64,000 nt of DNA from Felis catus. Lineage: Eukaryota. The DNA lies in contig NC_058368.1 of the NCBI RefSeq assembly GCF_018350175.1, positions 32,118,001-32,182,000 of the forward strand, written 5' to 3'. The notes under the pieces were generated by a model that had not been told where the DNA came from, made no database searches, and saw only the letters and a list, made by a program, of their open reading frames with translations. Made by a program: the position numbers and the translations under genes. Positions within the stretch are counted from its first letter, which is position 1; every line of letters begins with the position of its first letter. Of this stretch, positions 26,401 to 38,099 are shown piece by piece.

Positions 26401-27229
26401 CGTTTGTTTCCATATATTTTTTAATTTCTTCTCTAATTGCCTGATTGACCCACTCATTCGTTAGTAGGGTGCTCTTTAACCTCCATGCCTTTGGAGGTTT
26501 TCCAGACTTTTTCCTGTGGTTGATTTCAAGCTTCATAGCATTGTGGTCTGAAAGTATGCATGGTATAATTTCAATTCTTGTAAACTTATGAAGGGCTGTT
26601 TTGTGACCCAGTATATGATCTATCTTGGAGAATGTTCCATGTGCACTCGAGAAGAAAGTATATTCTGTTGCTTTGGGATGCAGCGTTCTAAATATATCTG
26701 TCAAGTCCATCTGATCCAATGTCTCATTCAGGGCCCTTGTTTCTTTATTGACTGTGTGTCTAGATGATCTGTCCATTTCTGTAAGTGGGGTGTTAAAGTC
26801 CCCTGCAATTACCACATTCTTATCAATAAGGTTGCTTATGTTTGTGAGTAATTGTTTTATATATTTGGGGCCTCCGGTATTCGGCGCATAGACATTTATA
26901 ATTGTTAGCTCTTCCTGATGGATAGACCCTGTAACTATTATATAATGTCCTTCTTCATCTCTTGTTACAGCCTTTAATTTAAAGTCTAGTTTGTCTGATA
27001 TAAGTATGGCTACTCCAGCTTTCTTTTGGCTTCCAGTCGCATGATAAATAGTTCTCCATCCCCTCACTCTCAATCTAAAGGTGTCCTCAGGCCTAAAATG
27101 AGTCTCTTGTAGACAGCAAATAGATGGGTCTTGTTTTTTCATCCATTATGATACCCTATGTCTTTTGGTTGGTGCATTTAATCCATTTACATTCAGTGTT
27201 ATTATAGAAAGATACGGGTTGAGAGTCAT
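23404..27229 (-). pseudogene. L1 ORF2 (APE endonuclease, reverse transcriptase, C-terminal CCHC), disabled
   Basis: ATG at 27229 (MTLNPYLSIITLNVNGLN); motifs [44 protein letters not shown]. Stop TAA at 27148-27146; frameshifts at the T11 run 25461-25471 and near 24857. Confidence 0.95.
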
Positions 27230-27279
27230 TGTGATGTCTGAATGTTTTATGCTTGTAGTGATGTCTCTGGGACTTTGTC

Positions 27280-28113
27280 TCACAGGGTCCCCCTTAGGAT
27301 CTCTTGTAGGGCTGGTTTAGTGGTGACAAATTCCTTCAGTTTTTGTTTGTTTGGGAAAACCTTTATCTCTCCTTCTATTCTAAATGACAGACTTGCTGGG
27401 TAAAGGATTCTCGGCTGCATATTTTTTCTGTCTAGCACCCTGAAAATCTCGTGCCAATTCTTTCTGGCCTGCCAAGTTTCAAAAGAGAGATCAGTCACGA
27501 GTCTTATAGGTCTCCCTTTATATGTGAGGGCACGTTTACCCCTTGCTGCTTTCAGAATTTTCTCTTTATCCTTGTATTTTGCCAGTTTCACTATGATATG
27601 TCGTGCAGAAGATCGATTCAAGTTACGTCTGAAGGGAGTTCTCTGTGCCTCTTGGATTTCAATGCCTTTTTCCTTCCCCAGTTCAGGGAAGTTCTCAGCT
27701 ATTATTTCTTCAAGAACCCCTTCAGCACCTTTCCCTCTCTCCTCCTCCTCTGGGATACCAATTATGCGTATATTATTTCTTTTTAGTGTATCACTTAGTT
27801 CTCTAATTTTCCCCTCATACTCCTGGATTTTTTTATCTCTCTTTTTCTCAGCTTCCTCTTTTTCCATAACTTTATCCTCTAGTTCACCTATTCTCTCCTC
27901 TGCCTCTTCAAGCCGAGCTGTGGTGGTTTCCATTTTGTTATGCATTTTGTTTAAAGCGTTTTTCAGCTCCTCGTGACTGTTCCTTAGTCCCTTGATCTCT
28001 GTAGCGAGAGATTCTCTGCTGTCCTGTATACTGTTTTCAAGCCCAGCGATTAATTTTATGACTATTATTCTAATTCACTTTCTGTTATATTATTTAAATC
28101 CTTTTTGATCAGC
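27280..28113 (-). pseudogene. L1 ORF1 (coiled coil, RRM, CTD), 5'-truncated
   Basis: RNNIRIIGIPE, IIAENFP, YPASLSF, ARK motifs; frame stays open upstream of the listed Met to about 28071, where a 1-bp deletion shifts it. Confidence 0.95.
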
Positions 28114-28701
28114 GGGAAACCAATTTTTTTATAGAAGAAGACTAAAATCTTTGTTCTGTAGACAAATAATTTACTTATTTCATTTTAATTGTCATTTGTT
28201 AGAGATGGGATAGTTCAATGTTCCCAAATTGTTGAATGAGATGGAATAAACTGCTAGTTGGAAAGCCCTAGGTAACACAGAACTGTGGTTAAAAACCTAG
28301 GGTTTCATTTCCTCAGTTCAGACTCTCATCACATACACGTATGCTCACATTTAAACAAAAGCTCCATGACCTCTTGTTACTTAATCGAAAAATAGAAATA
28401 TATAATTTATTAATTACCTCCATCTGTAAGTTATAAAAATATATACACTGGACTATAGTAACTGTTCTTTGTAGTTTCCTTTCTGAAAATTTATTTTTAT
28501 AGTCTCTGTCTTGCTTTCACCCCACCTTTTTCCTGTGTATTAGCATCTGAAGATTCAGTAAAAGTATTCCTAACCTAAATTAATATTCTTAGGCTTTGCA
28601 AATAACAATTCTTCCTCCCCAAAGATATATTCTTCACCTGTGTCTATTGACTCTATAGGAGGGAATTTGAAATGTATCTGTTTTTAAAGCTGTTTTTATT
28701 T

Positions 28702-28703
28702 TT

Positions 28704-28747
<44 letters not shown>

Positions 28748-28816
28748 TTTAACTTTTAACATTTATTTATTTTTGAGAGACAGAGAGAGACAGAGCATGA
28801 GCAGGGGAGAGGCAGA

Positions 28817-28866
<50 letters not shown>

Positions 28867-28994
28867 ATTCAAAGCAGGCTCCAGGCTCCGAGCTGTCAGC
28901 ACAGAGCCTGATGCAGGGCTCAAACTCACAAACCGCAAGATCATGACCTGGGCCGAAGTTGGACACTTAACTGACTGAGCCACCCAGGCACCCC
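28702..28994 (-). mobile_element. CanSINE (feline type) with long (GA)n and a (CTTT)n tail expansion
   Basis: Full body 28756-28994; (CTTT)n at about 28704-28746. Confidence 0.95.
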
Positions 28995-29002
28995 AGTTTC
29001 TT

Positions 29003-29319
29003 TCTTTATTTTTAAATTTTATTTTATTTTAATTCCAGTGTATTCCTTAATCCCCATTATCTATTTCACTCATTCTCCCACCCACCTTCCCTCTGGTAAC
29101 CATCGGTTTGTTCTTTATATTTAAGAGTCTGTTTCTTGGTTTCTCCCTCTCCCTCTCTCTCTTTTCTTTTTCCTTTGCTCATTTGTTTTGTTTCTTAAAT
29201 TCCACATATGAGTGAAATCATATTTTTCTTTCTCTGACTGACTTATTTCACTTAGCATCATATTCTCTATCTCCACCCATGCCTTTGCATAGGGAAAGAT
29301 TTCATGTTCTATGGCTGAG

Positions 29320-29371
<52 letters not shown>

Positions 29372-30090
29372 CACTTCTTCTTTATCCACCCATCAATCAG
29401 TGGACACGTGGGTTGTTTCCATATCTCGGCTATTATAAACAATAGGGGTGCATATATATATTTTTTGAATTAGGGTTTCAGTATTCTTTAGGTAAATACC
29501 CCGTAGTGGAACTACTGGTTAATATGGTTATTCCATTTTTAATTTTTTGAGGAACCTCCATACTGTTTTCCACAGTGGCTGCACTAGTTTGCCTTCCCAC
29601 CAACAGTGCAAGAGGGTTTCTTTTTTCTCCACATTCCCATTGTTTCCTATGTTTTTGATTTTAGCCATTCTGACAGGTGTGAGGTAGTATCTCATTGTGG
29701 TTTGATTTTCATTTCCCTGGTGATTACTGATGTTGAGCATCATTTCATGTGTCTGTTGACCATCTGTATGTCTTCTTTGTAGACATATCTATTCATGTCT
29801 TCTGCCCATTTTTAATTGTTTTGGGAGGGTGATGGGCGGTTGTGAGTTGTATATGTTCTTTATATATTTTGGGTACTAACCCTTTATCAACTATGTCATT
29901 TACAAATATTTTCTTCCATTTTTTAGGTTACCTTTTAGTTTTGTTGATTGTTTCCTTTGCTGTACAGAAGCGTTTTTATTTTGATGTAGTCCCAGTAGTT
30001 TATTTTTGCTTTTATTTCCCTTGCCTCAGGAGACATATCTAGAAAAATGTTGCAATGGCCGATGTCAGAGAAATTACTGCCTATGCTCTC
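29003..30090 (-). mobile_element. Older carnivore L1 3' end fragment with internal (TA)n
   Basis: ORF2 C-terminal peptides in the ORF track ([39 protein letters not shown]); (TA)n at 29322-29366. Confidence 0.9.
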
Positions 30091-31319
30091 ATATGACATG
30101 TGGTATTTAAAATGTGGGATTTTATAGTTTTCCAATGAATTATTTAGTCAGCATGATGCTGCACTATTGCATGTTTTAAAGAGACTATTTCTTGCGTTTC
30201 AGAATCACAACCTTCCTTTCTCTGAGGTTCAAACAATAATAATTCTGATATTTTAAAATTCTCAGACTGTCATAAGGCAAATGTATTACAAATTTTCATC
30301 CTTTCTAAGGATCATCTCAGAATAATTCACCTTCCCTCTTGCATGATAATTACTAAGATTGCTGAGAATCACAATCATGTTCATTTTGGATGAGAGAATG
30401 AATGGTAATTGGGATCTCAGACTCTGAGGAGAATCTCTGCCTTGATTTTCATTTGTAGCTGGTAAAGCAAATAAGGAAATAGTGACAAGCTGGACTTTAA
30501 ACAAGAGCTTATTCAGAACAGAATTGTAAAGTCAAACGTTATAAATTCTTAACAGAATGAGAAGCTCAGTAATACAAATACTTCACCTACCTCTTAAATA
30601 TATTATTTTTGAGATAAAGTATATGATTTTAGTTCATGATTGTCTATTTGAGGAAGAGATAAAAGTTAGTGGTCTAAAGGTAATTCTAGAGTTAAGAATT
30701 TCAAAAAACAGAGCTGTGACTTTATAATTTTCCTTGGTGTTCACATTCTTGCCCCAGTTCCCAATTAACCATGTCAGGACTTACAGGATGAACCTCTGTT
30801 TCTTATTTCCCCACTTCCAGGTAGGCACTGTGACCCAGAGGTATAATGTTGCTTGTCTGCCTAGTGGATGGTAAGGTAGATAAGTTTAGCCTCTTTGCTT
30901 TGTGCCTGTATTCCTGAGTAGTTTCTCTTCCAAACATTTAACAAATGTTGACTCAATATTTGATAAAAACCCCAGAATCCTCCCAAAAGATTGGCAAGGT
31001 GGAGAACACTGTCACCCCCTCAAATCTCTTCCTCTTTGCTCCCCCAAGTCTAAGCTGTGATTTTATTACGTATTGAACCATTTTATTTAGTTATCCAAAC
31101 TTCGACTTGAAGCTCATTTCCAGAAATTGTGACAGAGCCTCCCACATTGCCTCCTTAGATAAGGCCTCTGACAAGATTGGACTTGCTCACATCAGCAATT
31201 GTGGCATTGAGCTCATTATTGCCCTGCTAATTCAACAGAGTCATTCATTCAACCCTGACTTCGTATTTGTTCTTCCTTATCAAAAGTAATTCATCTTTCC
31301 TCTCCTTAAACTACATTAA

Positions 31320-31580
31320 AAATTATCCTCAAGATCAGCGCACATAGCCTTCACAGATTAAGCAAACTCTGACTTTTCCTGGTGGTTTTAGGTAATCTCT
31401 TCTTTGTGTACCAGCAACACTCTGTGAAAAAGGTTACCTTGCTGCATAGTACTTGTTCCATTTACTTCTCTGACTCTCCACTAGAGAGTCAATGTCTGGA
31501 GAGGGAGACTTTGTCTTACTCATCTTTGTATTCCTTGTGCCCTGTACTTAGTCTAGTAAGAAGTGCTTACTAAAAGAGGT
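31320..31580 (+). mobile_element. LINE-2 3' end
   Basis: 'ccactagagagtcaatgtctggagagggagactttgtcttactcatctttgtattcc...gtgcttactaaa'. Confidence 0.65.
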
Positions 31581-31582
31581 GA

Positions 31583-31642
<60 letters not shown>

Positions 31643-31643
31643 A
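31581..31643. repeat. (GAAA)n tetranucleotide microsatellite
   Basis: About 15 perfect GAAA units. Confidence 0.97.
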
Positions 31644-31859
31644 TATCTGATATACCTTCTCTCTTCTCTCATAGTATATATAAGGAAAATGAAAGATTTG
31701 GAGATAAGTGAAAAAGCCAAAACATTGAGTTAATGTCTATCTGCAATAAACCAACATTTATTGACTCCCAGTTGAGCGGCCATTCTGTCATACTATTCTA
31801 TTATAAATATCACTGACTTTTCATCAAGCAGTGTACCGGCTTTATACTTACAGTATTTT

Positions 31860-32020
31860 ACTAAATATTCGCACATAATGAACAAGGTATTAATACCCCA
31901 TTATCAGATAAAGACTCTGAAACTCAGAAAGTGGGAATAAGTTACATGAAATAGCCCCCTAGTTAGTAGAAAACCTGTGATTTCAAATGTAACCTTTCTG
32001 ATTCCAAATCTTAGTCACTG
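31860..32020 (-). mobile_element. MIR fragment
   Basis: 'ggtattaataccccattatcagataaagactctgaaactcagaaagtgg'. Confidence 0.6.
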
Positions 32021-32141
32021 TTTTATATGTGAATGTGTCACTTTTAATAATCTTTTGTCTCATTCTGAATACTAAGGCTTGTTGTAGTTTGTTTTTTATT
32101 CACAAATAATACTGTCAGGGTAGCAAAGGTGACTAAAAACT

Positions 32142-32188
32142 TATGTATGTTTGTATGTATGTATGTATGTATGTATGTATGTATGTAT
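32142..32188. repeat. (TATG)n microsatellite
   Basis: tatgtatgtttgtatgtatg... array. Confidence 0.9.
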
Positions 32189-34701
32189 TACAGTAAGGTT
32201 TATTTTACCAACCACATAGTAGTTATAATTTGTACTTGCTGGGTATATCATGGTTTTTATATGCAAAAGTTATTGAAAATGGAAATGTACTTTTCTTTCT
32301 TTAAAATAATCTGCCAACTATGAAAAATCAGTTTTGTATCAATTTTATGGCAAGCTTGCTCAAGTGAGAAAGCTTCATGTTTAGGCATTTCAGTGCATAA
32401 GTTACTATTTGTGCTGTCATTTTCAATGATATCAATAATTTTTATTGCTGCTGAAGTAGTACACAAGTAGCTTTTGGATAATAATAGTATTTTCAGGCAA
32501 TATTCCAATATACCTCCTTTAAAACTGAGCACTGCTGGCACATTGTAGCCCATCACAATGTCCTCACTGCTTTGGTTCTATGAACTAGTGTGCATACTTC
32601 TTTCATTTATTTGCCCTTGCCTTGCTGCTACTATTGCTCATAAGGAAAAGTTTCCAACTCAGTTGCTTTTCTATTTAAAAGCTTCTTTGTTGTGGATTAT
32701 AGTAAATGATTTAGCTAGTTGGCTATATGCTTGGTGGAGCATCCTCAGGCTTATTTTCACAGCTAAGCAAGATTTTGCTAGATGGTCTTTGAATTCAAAG
32801 GCTGCTTTTGGCAACTCCAGGAAGAATAGTGCTGATTATTTAGAAAATTGTAGCTTTATAAATGGCCACTCTCCAGTGGCAGGAAATTAATGGCAGATGA
32901 GTGGTAAATAGGTCCATTTCATTTTATTCACAACCTGCATGTATTCTAAGGGAATGGTTATAGCCTGGAAGAAGAAAACAAGGGAAAGTTTTTAAGATGA
33001 TGGAAAGTTCATTGGGAAGGTTGAAAAAAAAAGTCTCATGTACAATTGTTTCAAATTATTTTAAGTAATCTGTATTGTTTACTTAGGGAAGCAAAATTAG
33101 AGGTAGGCTACTAGGCAGGCCTCTGTGGACAGGTAGCAAAAACAAGAAATATACCTGTGATGTGTTAAGCCACTGAAGTTTGGGGTTTACTTCTTTCTTT
33201 AGTATAATAAGAAAGTTTTAAAAAGTTATTTGATGCTGATATTAATAAATTGGGATTTCTTTTCCCAGCAGCATTCTTATTGCTGAAATGGGACCATTTC
33301 AAACATTAAATTAGTCCAGATGGCTGAGACCCAAAATGAGGTAAAATTTGGAGTAAAGTTATTTCTTGCTGTTATTTATGTTTTATTTTGTATTATATAA
33401 AAGGCCTTGAAGAATAATTCCTTTAGATTTGTTTGAATGTTATACCATTTTTAGATTTATATCTAAATGTTTCTGGTTGTGGTTGTTTAATCCGTATATA
33501 GCTCTTCTAAATAAAAACAGACTGAAATCTGTTTCTTACTGATCTAAGATCTGGACTGTCAATAGTTGAGATGGATTGCCAAAGTCTCCATAAGTGTATA
33601 ATATTGATTTGATGCAGCATTTACACCATGTAAGGATATATGTAAAACCACATTGGTCCTCATCTATTCTTTTGAATCGCGGCCAGCATGAAAATGTTGT
33701 CCATTGTATTGTATGAATAAGTCTTTATTACAAAGGTTGAGTGGTGTTTTGTAATGAATTGGGACAATGAAATTAGTTATAAGGTCTGTGAAAGTTATTA
33801 CCTTAAGCGTTTGGGGTCTGAATCAATACACCTTTGCTCAATCATAACTGAAGTCAATGAAATGAATTCCCCAAGAAAGGCTACAGAATTGAGTGTAAGA
33901 CATTAACATTGGAATCATTCTAGCCGCTAGCTAACAAGGTAATGTTTTAGAAAGAGAAGGATGATTTATCACAACTGCATGAACATTTCTGAATCTGTTA
34001 GGTGACATTATACAGCCTCTGTTCCCTTGCTGGTGCATTGATTAAGTAAGATAACTTAAAGATGTGGGTTGTCTTGTTAGAGGCACAGTCCAATATTATC
34101 TTAATTATCTCTCATTACAAATGTTGCTAAGCTAAGGTTAGAATGTGCCAGAGTTGTGAGGATGGCATTAAATAATCCATCACCACTATAATCAGGCAAA
34201 GGATAAGTTTAAACTGACAAGAGCTTTCTTTCTCATTTTAAACTGAATAAAAACAAATGCTTTCTGAGTATATATAGCACGCAAAAACAGTTATTTTATA
34301 CATCATTTCTTCAGTTACGAATGCAGTTTTCTGAAGCATAGTTTATATAATTTTTCCTTGTGTACCTTTATTGCAAAAGAACTTAGTTTACTTTAAGATT
34401 AGTAAATATACTGTTGTTTTATAAAATAGACCATTGATTCCACTGAATTCACTTCACATAAATTTTATTATAGACAATTGCCCTACAAAAATTAATTCAC
34501 TATAACATCAATTTTATTTAATTCATCATTGAATAGCTATACAGACAAGAAGGATAATGGGTTAGATAGTGAAGTTTCTCTCTCCCCAACAAATGTATCA
34601 TTCAAAACACACACTGCTTTGTTTCAGTATTAAAACTAATGCTTACACAATTAATCATTTTTTCTTTTTGAAGGACTAGCTTTAGGATATTTCTTTTTTT
34701 C

Positions 34702-35068
34702 TTTTTTTTTTTTAATATGAAGTTTATTGTCAAATTGGTTTCCATACAACACCCAGTGCTCATCCCAACGGGTGCCCTCCTCAGTACCCATCACCCACCC
34801 GCCCCTTCCTCCCACTCCCCATCAACCCTCAGTTTGTTGTCAGTTTTTAAGAGTCTCTTATGGTTTGGCTCCCCACCTCTCTAACTTTTTTTTTTCCTTC
34901 CCCTCCCCCATGGTCTTCTGTTAAGTTTCTCAGGATCCACATAAGAGTGAAAACATATGGTATCTGTCTTTCTCTGTATGAGTTATTTCACTTAGCATAA
35001 CACTCTCCAGTTCCATCCATGTTGCTACAAAAGGCCATATCTCATTCTTTCTCATTGCCACGATGAAT
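34702..35068 (-). mobile_element. Young feline L1 3' fragment (~360 bp)
   Basis: Closely matches 23180-23536 of the large L1; poly(T) at left; degenerate TSD ggatatttctttttttc (34685-34701) / ggataatttttttttc (35069-35084). Confidence 0.95.
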
Positions 35069-35412
35069 GGATAATTTTTTTTTCTAAATGGCTTTCTATA
35101 GAACACAAGGTACTATACAAATATCTACTTTTTAAGTCTTTCTTTACTAAAACAAACACATTAGATCAGGTGTTCAATCTTTTCCATATTATTTTTTGAT
35201 CTATGAGCCATTGTGGTAAAATTTTATAGAATTTCCTGAGGTGGTCTACTCCAGACAAGCTCATGGTCCTTTCAAATGAAACCTCACTGCTCTTAAAAAT
35301 CATTTTAATCATATGATTTTTTCCTAACATATTTGGAAAGTGTAAAATATTTTTAAACTTATCGTTTATTTTCCTATTGCCTCCCAATAGGTTTGTTTCT
35401 GCAGATCCTTTC

Positions 35413-35416
<4 letters not shown>

Positions 35417-35459
<43 letters not shown>
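35417..35459. repeat. (CT)n microsatellite
   Basis: About 21 CT units. Confidence 0.95.
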
Positions 35460-35463
<4 letters not shown>

Positions 35464-36119
35464 GATAAGGTAACACTCTTCCTTATCTAAATGTCGTATT
35501 CTTCTTTTGCTATCACTCATACTTGCCCATATTCTTCAAGAGTCTTCCATTACTTGCAGTCTTCAAATTAGCTGTTGATTCTTTTTCAAGTACTCATAGA
35601 CACCTTTATTTTGGAATGAAAACGATGAAAACAATAAAATGCTTCATCAACTCTAAGATTACTTAACATATTATTTCTTTTCTTTTTTTTCTTATGTCAA
35701 AACTCTTTAACTGGTGTCCTATAACTTGTCTCTTACTATTGATTCAGTATTTTGTATTTTAGGTTCTATCGAAATTGTGTTAGGAGGATCACCATGGGTT
35801 TCCTAATTCTCAAGTATATTTTCATCAGTTCTCATAATTAAAGATATCAGCAAGTCATTACTCTTAGTCAACATTTTCTAGAAAAATGTTTCTCACCTTT
35901 AGCTTCCGTGGCTTTTTTTTATGCTTTGTCATAATTCTGAAATCAATATCATGGCTTTATTTTTTGTCTCTTTGTACAGCTATCATATAAAAAAAGCAAA
36001 ATGTTTTTGTTTTTTGAGTTTTTTTTTGCTTTTTCCTCTCATTGTTATGGTTTTAATGAGCAATTTAATTTATCCATCCAACACACATTTATTGAATGTG
36101 TGTCAAATATGTAGATATA

Positions 36120-36595
36120 CCATGAATGAATGTTGAATTTGTCAACTGCTTTTTCTGCATTTATTGAAATGATCACGTGCTTTTTCTTTAGGCTGTTGGT
36201 ATGATAGATTATATTGATTCCTTTTTGATTGTTGAACCAGTCATACAGTCCTGGGATAAACCCCACTGGTCATGGTATAGTTTCATGTCTGTGTATTACT
36301 GAATATATTTTTCTAATATTTGGCTAATGATTGTGTATTCTGACTCATGAGAATTATTGGTTTGTAATTTATCTCTTTTGAAACATCTTTACTCATTTGG
36401 ATATTCAAATAATGCTAAACTCATACAATGAGTTGGGAAGTGTTCCCTGCTCTTCTTTTTCAGAAAGAAGTGATATTGTTTTGTTATTTTTTCTTTCTTA
36501 AATATTTGTTAGAATTTTCCCAGGAAAAACCACTTTGGTCAGATGTTTTATTTGTTGAAAGGTTATAATTACAAGTTTACTTTATTTAATGAGAT
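36120..36595 (-). mobile_element. Old L1 ORF2 (RT region) fragment
   Basis: ORF track peptide [11 protein letters not shown]...[14 protein letters not shown] matches L1 GFIPGMQGWFN...[14 protein letters not shown]. Confidence 0.85.
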
Positions 36596-36599
36596 TGTC

Positions 36600-36698
36600 T
36601 TTTCCCCCAGCTTTATTGAGGCATAATTGATAAAAATTGTATGTATTTAAGTTGTATGATGTGAGATTGTGTGTGTGTGTGTGTGTGTGTATATATAC

Positions 36699-36746
<48 letters not shown>

Positions 36747-37085
36747 TGTGTGTGTGTGTGTGTATACACATACAGTATTTTAATTATAGTCACCAATCTA
36801 TATATTAGATGTCTCGAACTTCTTTATTTTGCATATATGAAACTTTGTACCCTTTGACCAACATTTCCCATTTCTCCCACCCCAGTCCCTGGTAACCACC
36901 ATTCTACTCACTGCTTCTAAGAGATGAACTCTTTTAGATTATACATACAAGTGAGATCATGCAGTATTTGTCTGTCTGTATCTGGTTTATTTTACCCAGC
37001 GAGTAATGGCCTCCAGTGCTCTCCATTTTGTTTCAATACTCAAAAGAATATTATTCAGCCTTAAAAGTTCTTGTTATATATATCA

Positions 37086-37138
<53 letters not shown>

Positions 37139-37220
37139 GATATATATAAATGTATCTATCACATTTTCTTACCCATTCCTATGTTGACCAAAAAAGGTTA
37201 TTTCCATATTTGGCTATAGA
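36600..37220 (-). mobile_element. L1MA/MB-type 3' end with embedded microsatellites
   Basis: 'cagctttattgaggcataattga', 'ccctggtaaccaccattctactc', 'aagtgagatcatgcagtatttgtc'. Confidence 0.85.
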
Positions 37221-37265
37221 CTATATATGAGCATATTTTTTACTCTGAATATAAGTACATATTTG

Positions 37266-37267
<2 letters not shown>

Positions 37268-37310
<43 letters not shown>
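37268..37310. repeat. (CA)n microsatellite
   Basis: About 21 CA units. Confidence 0.97.
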
Positions 37311-37311
<1 letters not shown>

Positions 37312-37339
37312 TTACCCTGAACTTTAAAAACATATTCTT

Positions 37340-37590
37340 GGGGCGCCTGGGTGGCGCATCGGTTAAGCGTCCGACTTCAGCCAGGTCACGATCTCGCGGT
37401 CCGTGAGTTCGAGCCCCGCGTCAGGCTCTGGGCTGATGGCTCAGAGCCTGGAGCCTGTTTCCCATTCTGTGTCTCCCTCTCTCTCTGCCCCTCCCCCGTT
37501 CATGCTCTGTCTCTCTCTGTCCTAAAAATAAATAAACGTTGAAAAAAAAATTTAAAAAAAAAAAAAATAAATAAATAAATAAATAAAAAA
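37340..37590 (+). mobile_element. Very young feline CanSINE
   Basis: CpG-rich head ggggcgcctgggtggcgcatcggttaagcgtccgac; long A tail; perfect 15-bp TSD taaaaacatattctt at 37325-37339 and 37591-37605. Confidence 0.98.
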
Positions 37591-37689
37591 TAAAAACATA
37601 TTCTTAGGATTATTAAGTAGAAAAATATTAATGCTTATGAAGTGGTTATAACAATGACTAGTAAGAACTAGATAAATATGTGATATTAT

Positions 37690-37915
37690 TTATTTTTACT
37701 TTTATTATTTTTTTCATATTTATTTGTCTTAGAGAGAGACAGAATGAGAGCGGAGAAGGGGCAGAGGGAGAGAGAGGGAGACACAGAATCCGAAGCAGGC
37801 CCCAGGCTCTGAGCTGTCAGCACAGAGCCCGACTCAGGGGTCCATTTCACGAACCATGAGATCATGACCTGAGCCAAAGTGGGATGCTTAACCGACTGAG
37901 CCATCTAGGCGCCCC
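37690..37915 (-). mobile_element. CanSINE (feline type)
   Basis: Full body; approximate TSD aatat(gt/ac)gatattatt. Confidence 0.95.
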
Positions 37916-38099
37916 AATATACGATATTATTAATTGCAAAGTGTCTGTACACCTATATTTTAAAATGTGATCATGAATAAGGGCATATAAATGTGATGGC
38001 AGTTGTCACACATTAAGATAAGAAACAGTGAATGAATAAGCAGGAGTAGAATGCGACTAGTGTACTTTTTTATTGTCTACTTTTGGTACTTTATTCCAC

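Larger units (their letters stand above)
23157..28113 (-). mobile_element. Young feline LINE-1, 5'-truncated within ORF1, ~4.96 kb
   Basis: ORF1 C-terminal part, full-length ORF2 region, 3' UTR with G-rich tract, AATAAA and poly(A); perfect 17-bp TSD gggaaaccaattttttt at 23140-23156 and 28114-28130. Confidence 0.98.

Noticed and set aside
24242..27976. Several + strand ORFs of 98-150 aa
   Set aside because: Antisense shadows of L1 ORF1/ORF2 codon structure.
32257..32890. Divergent 99-aa and 110-aa ORFs as an ERV env or transposase remnant
   Set aside because: No convincing motif match from memory and no supporting splice or LTR context.
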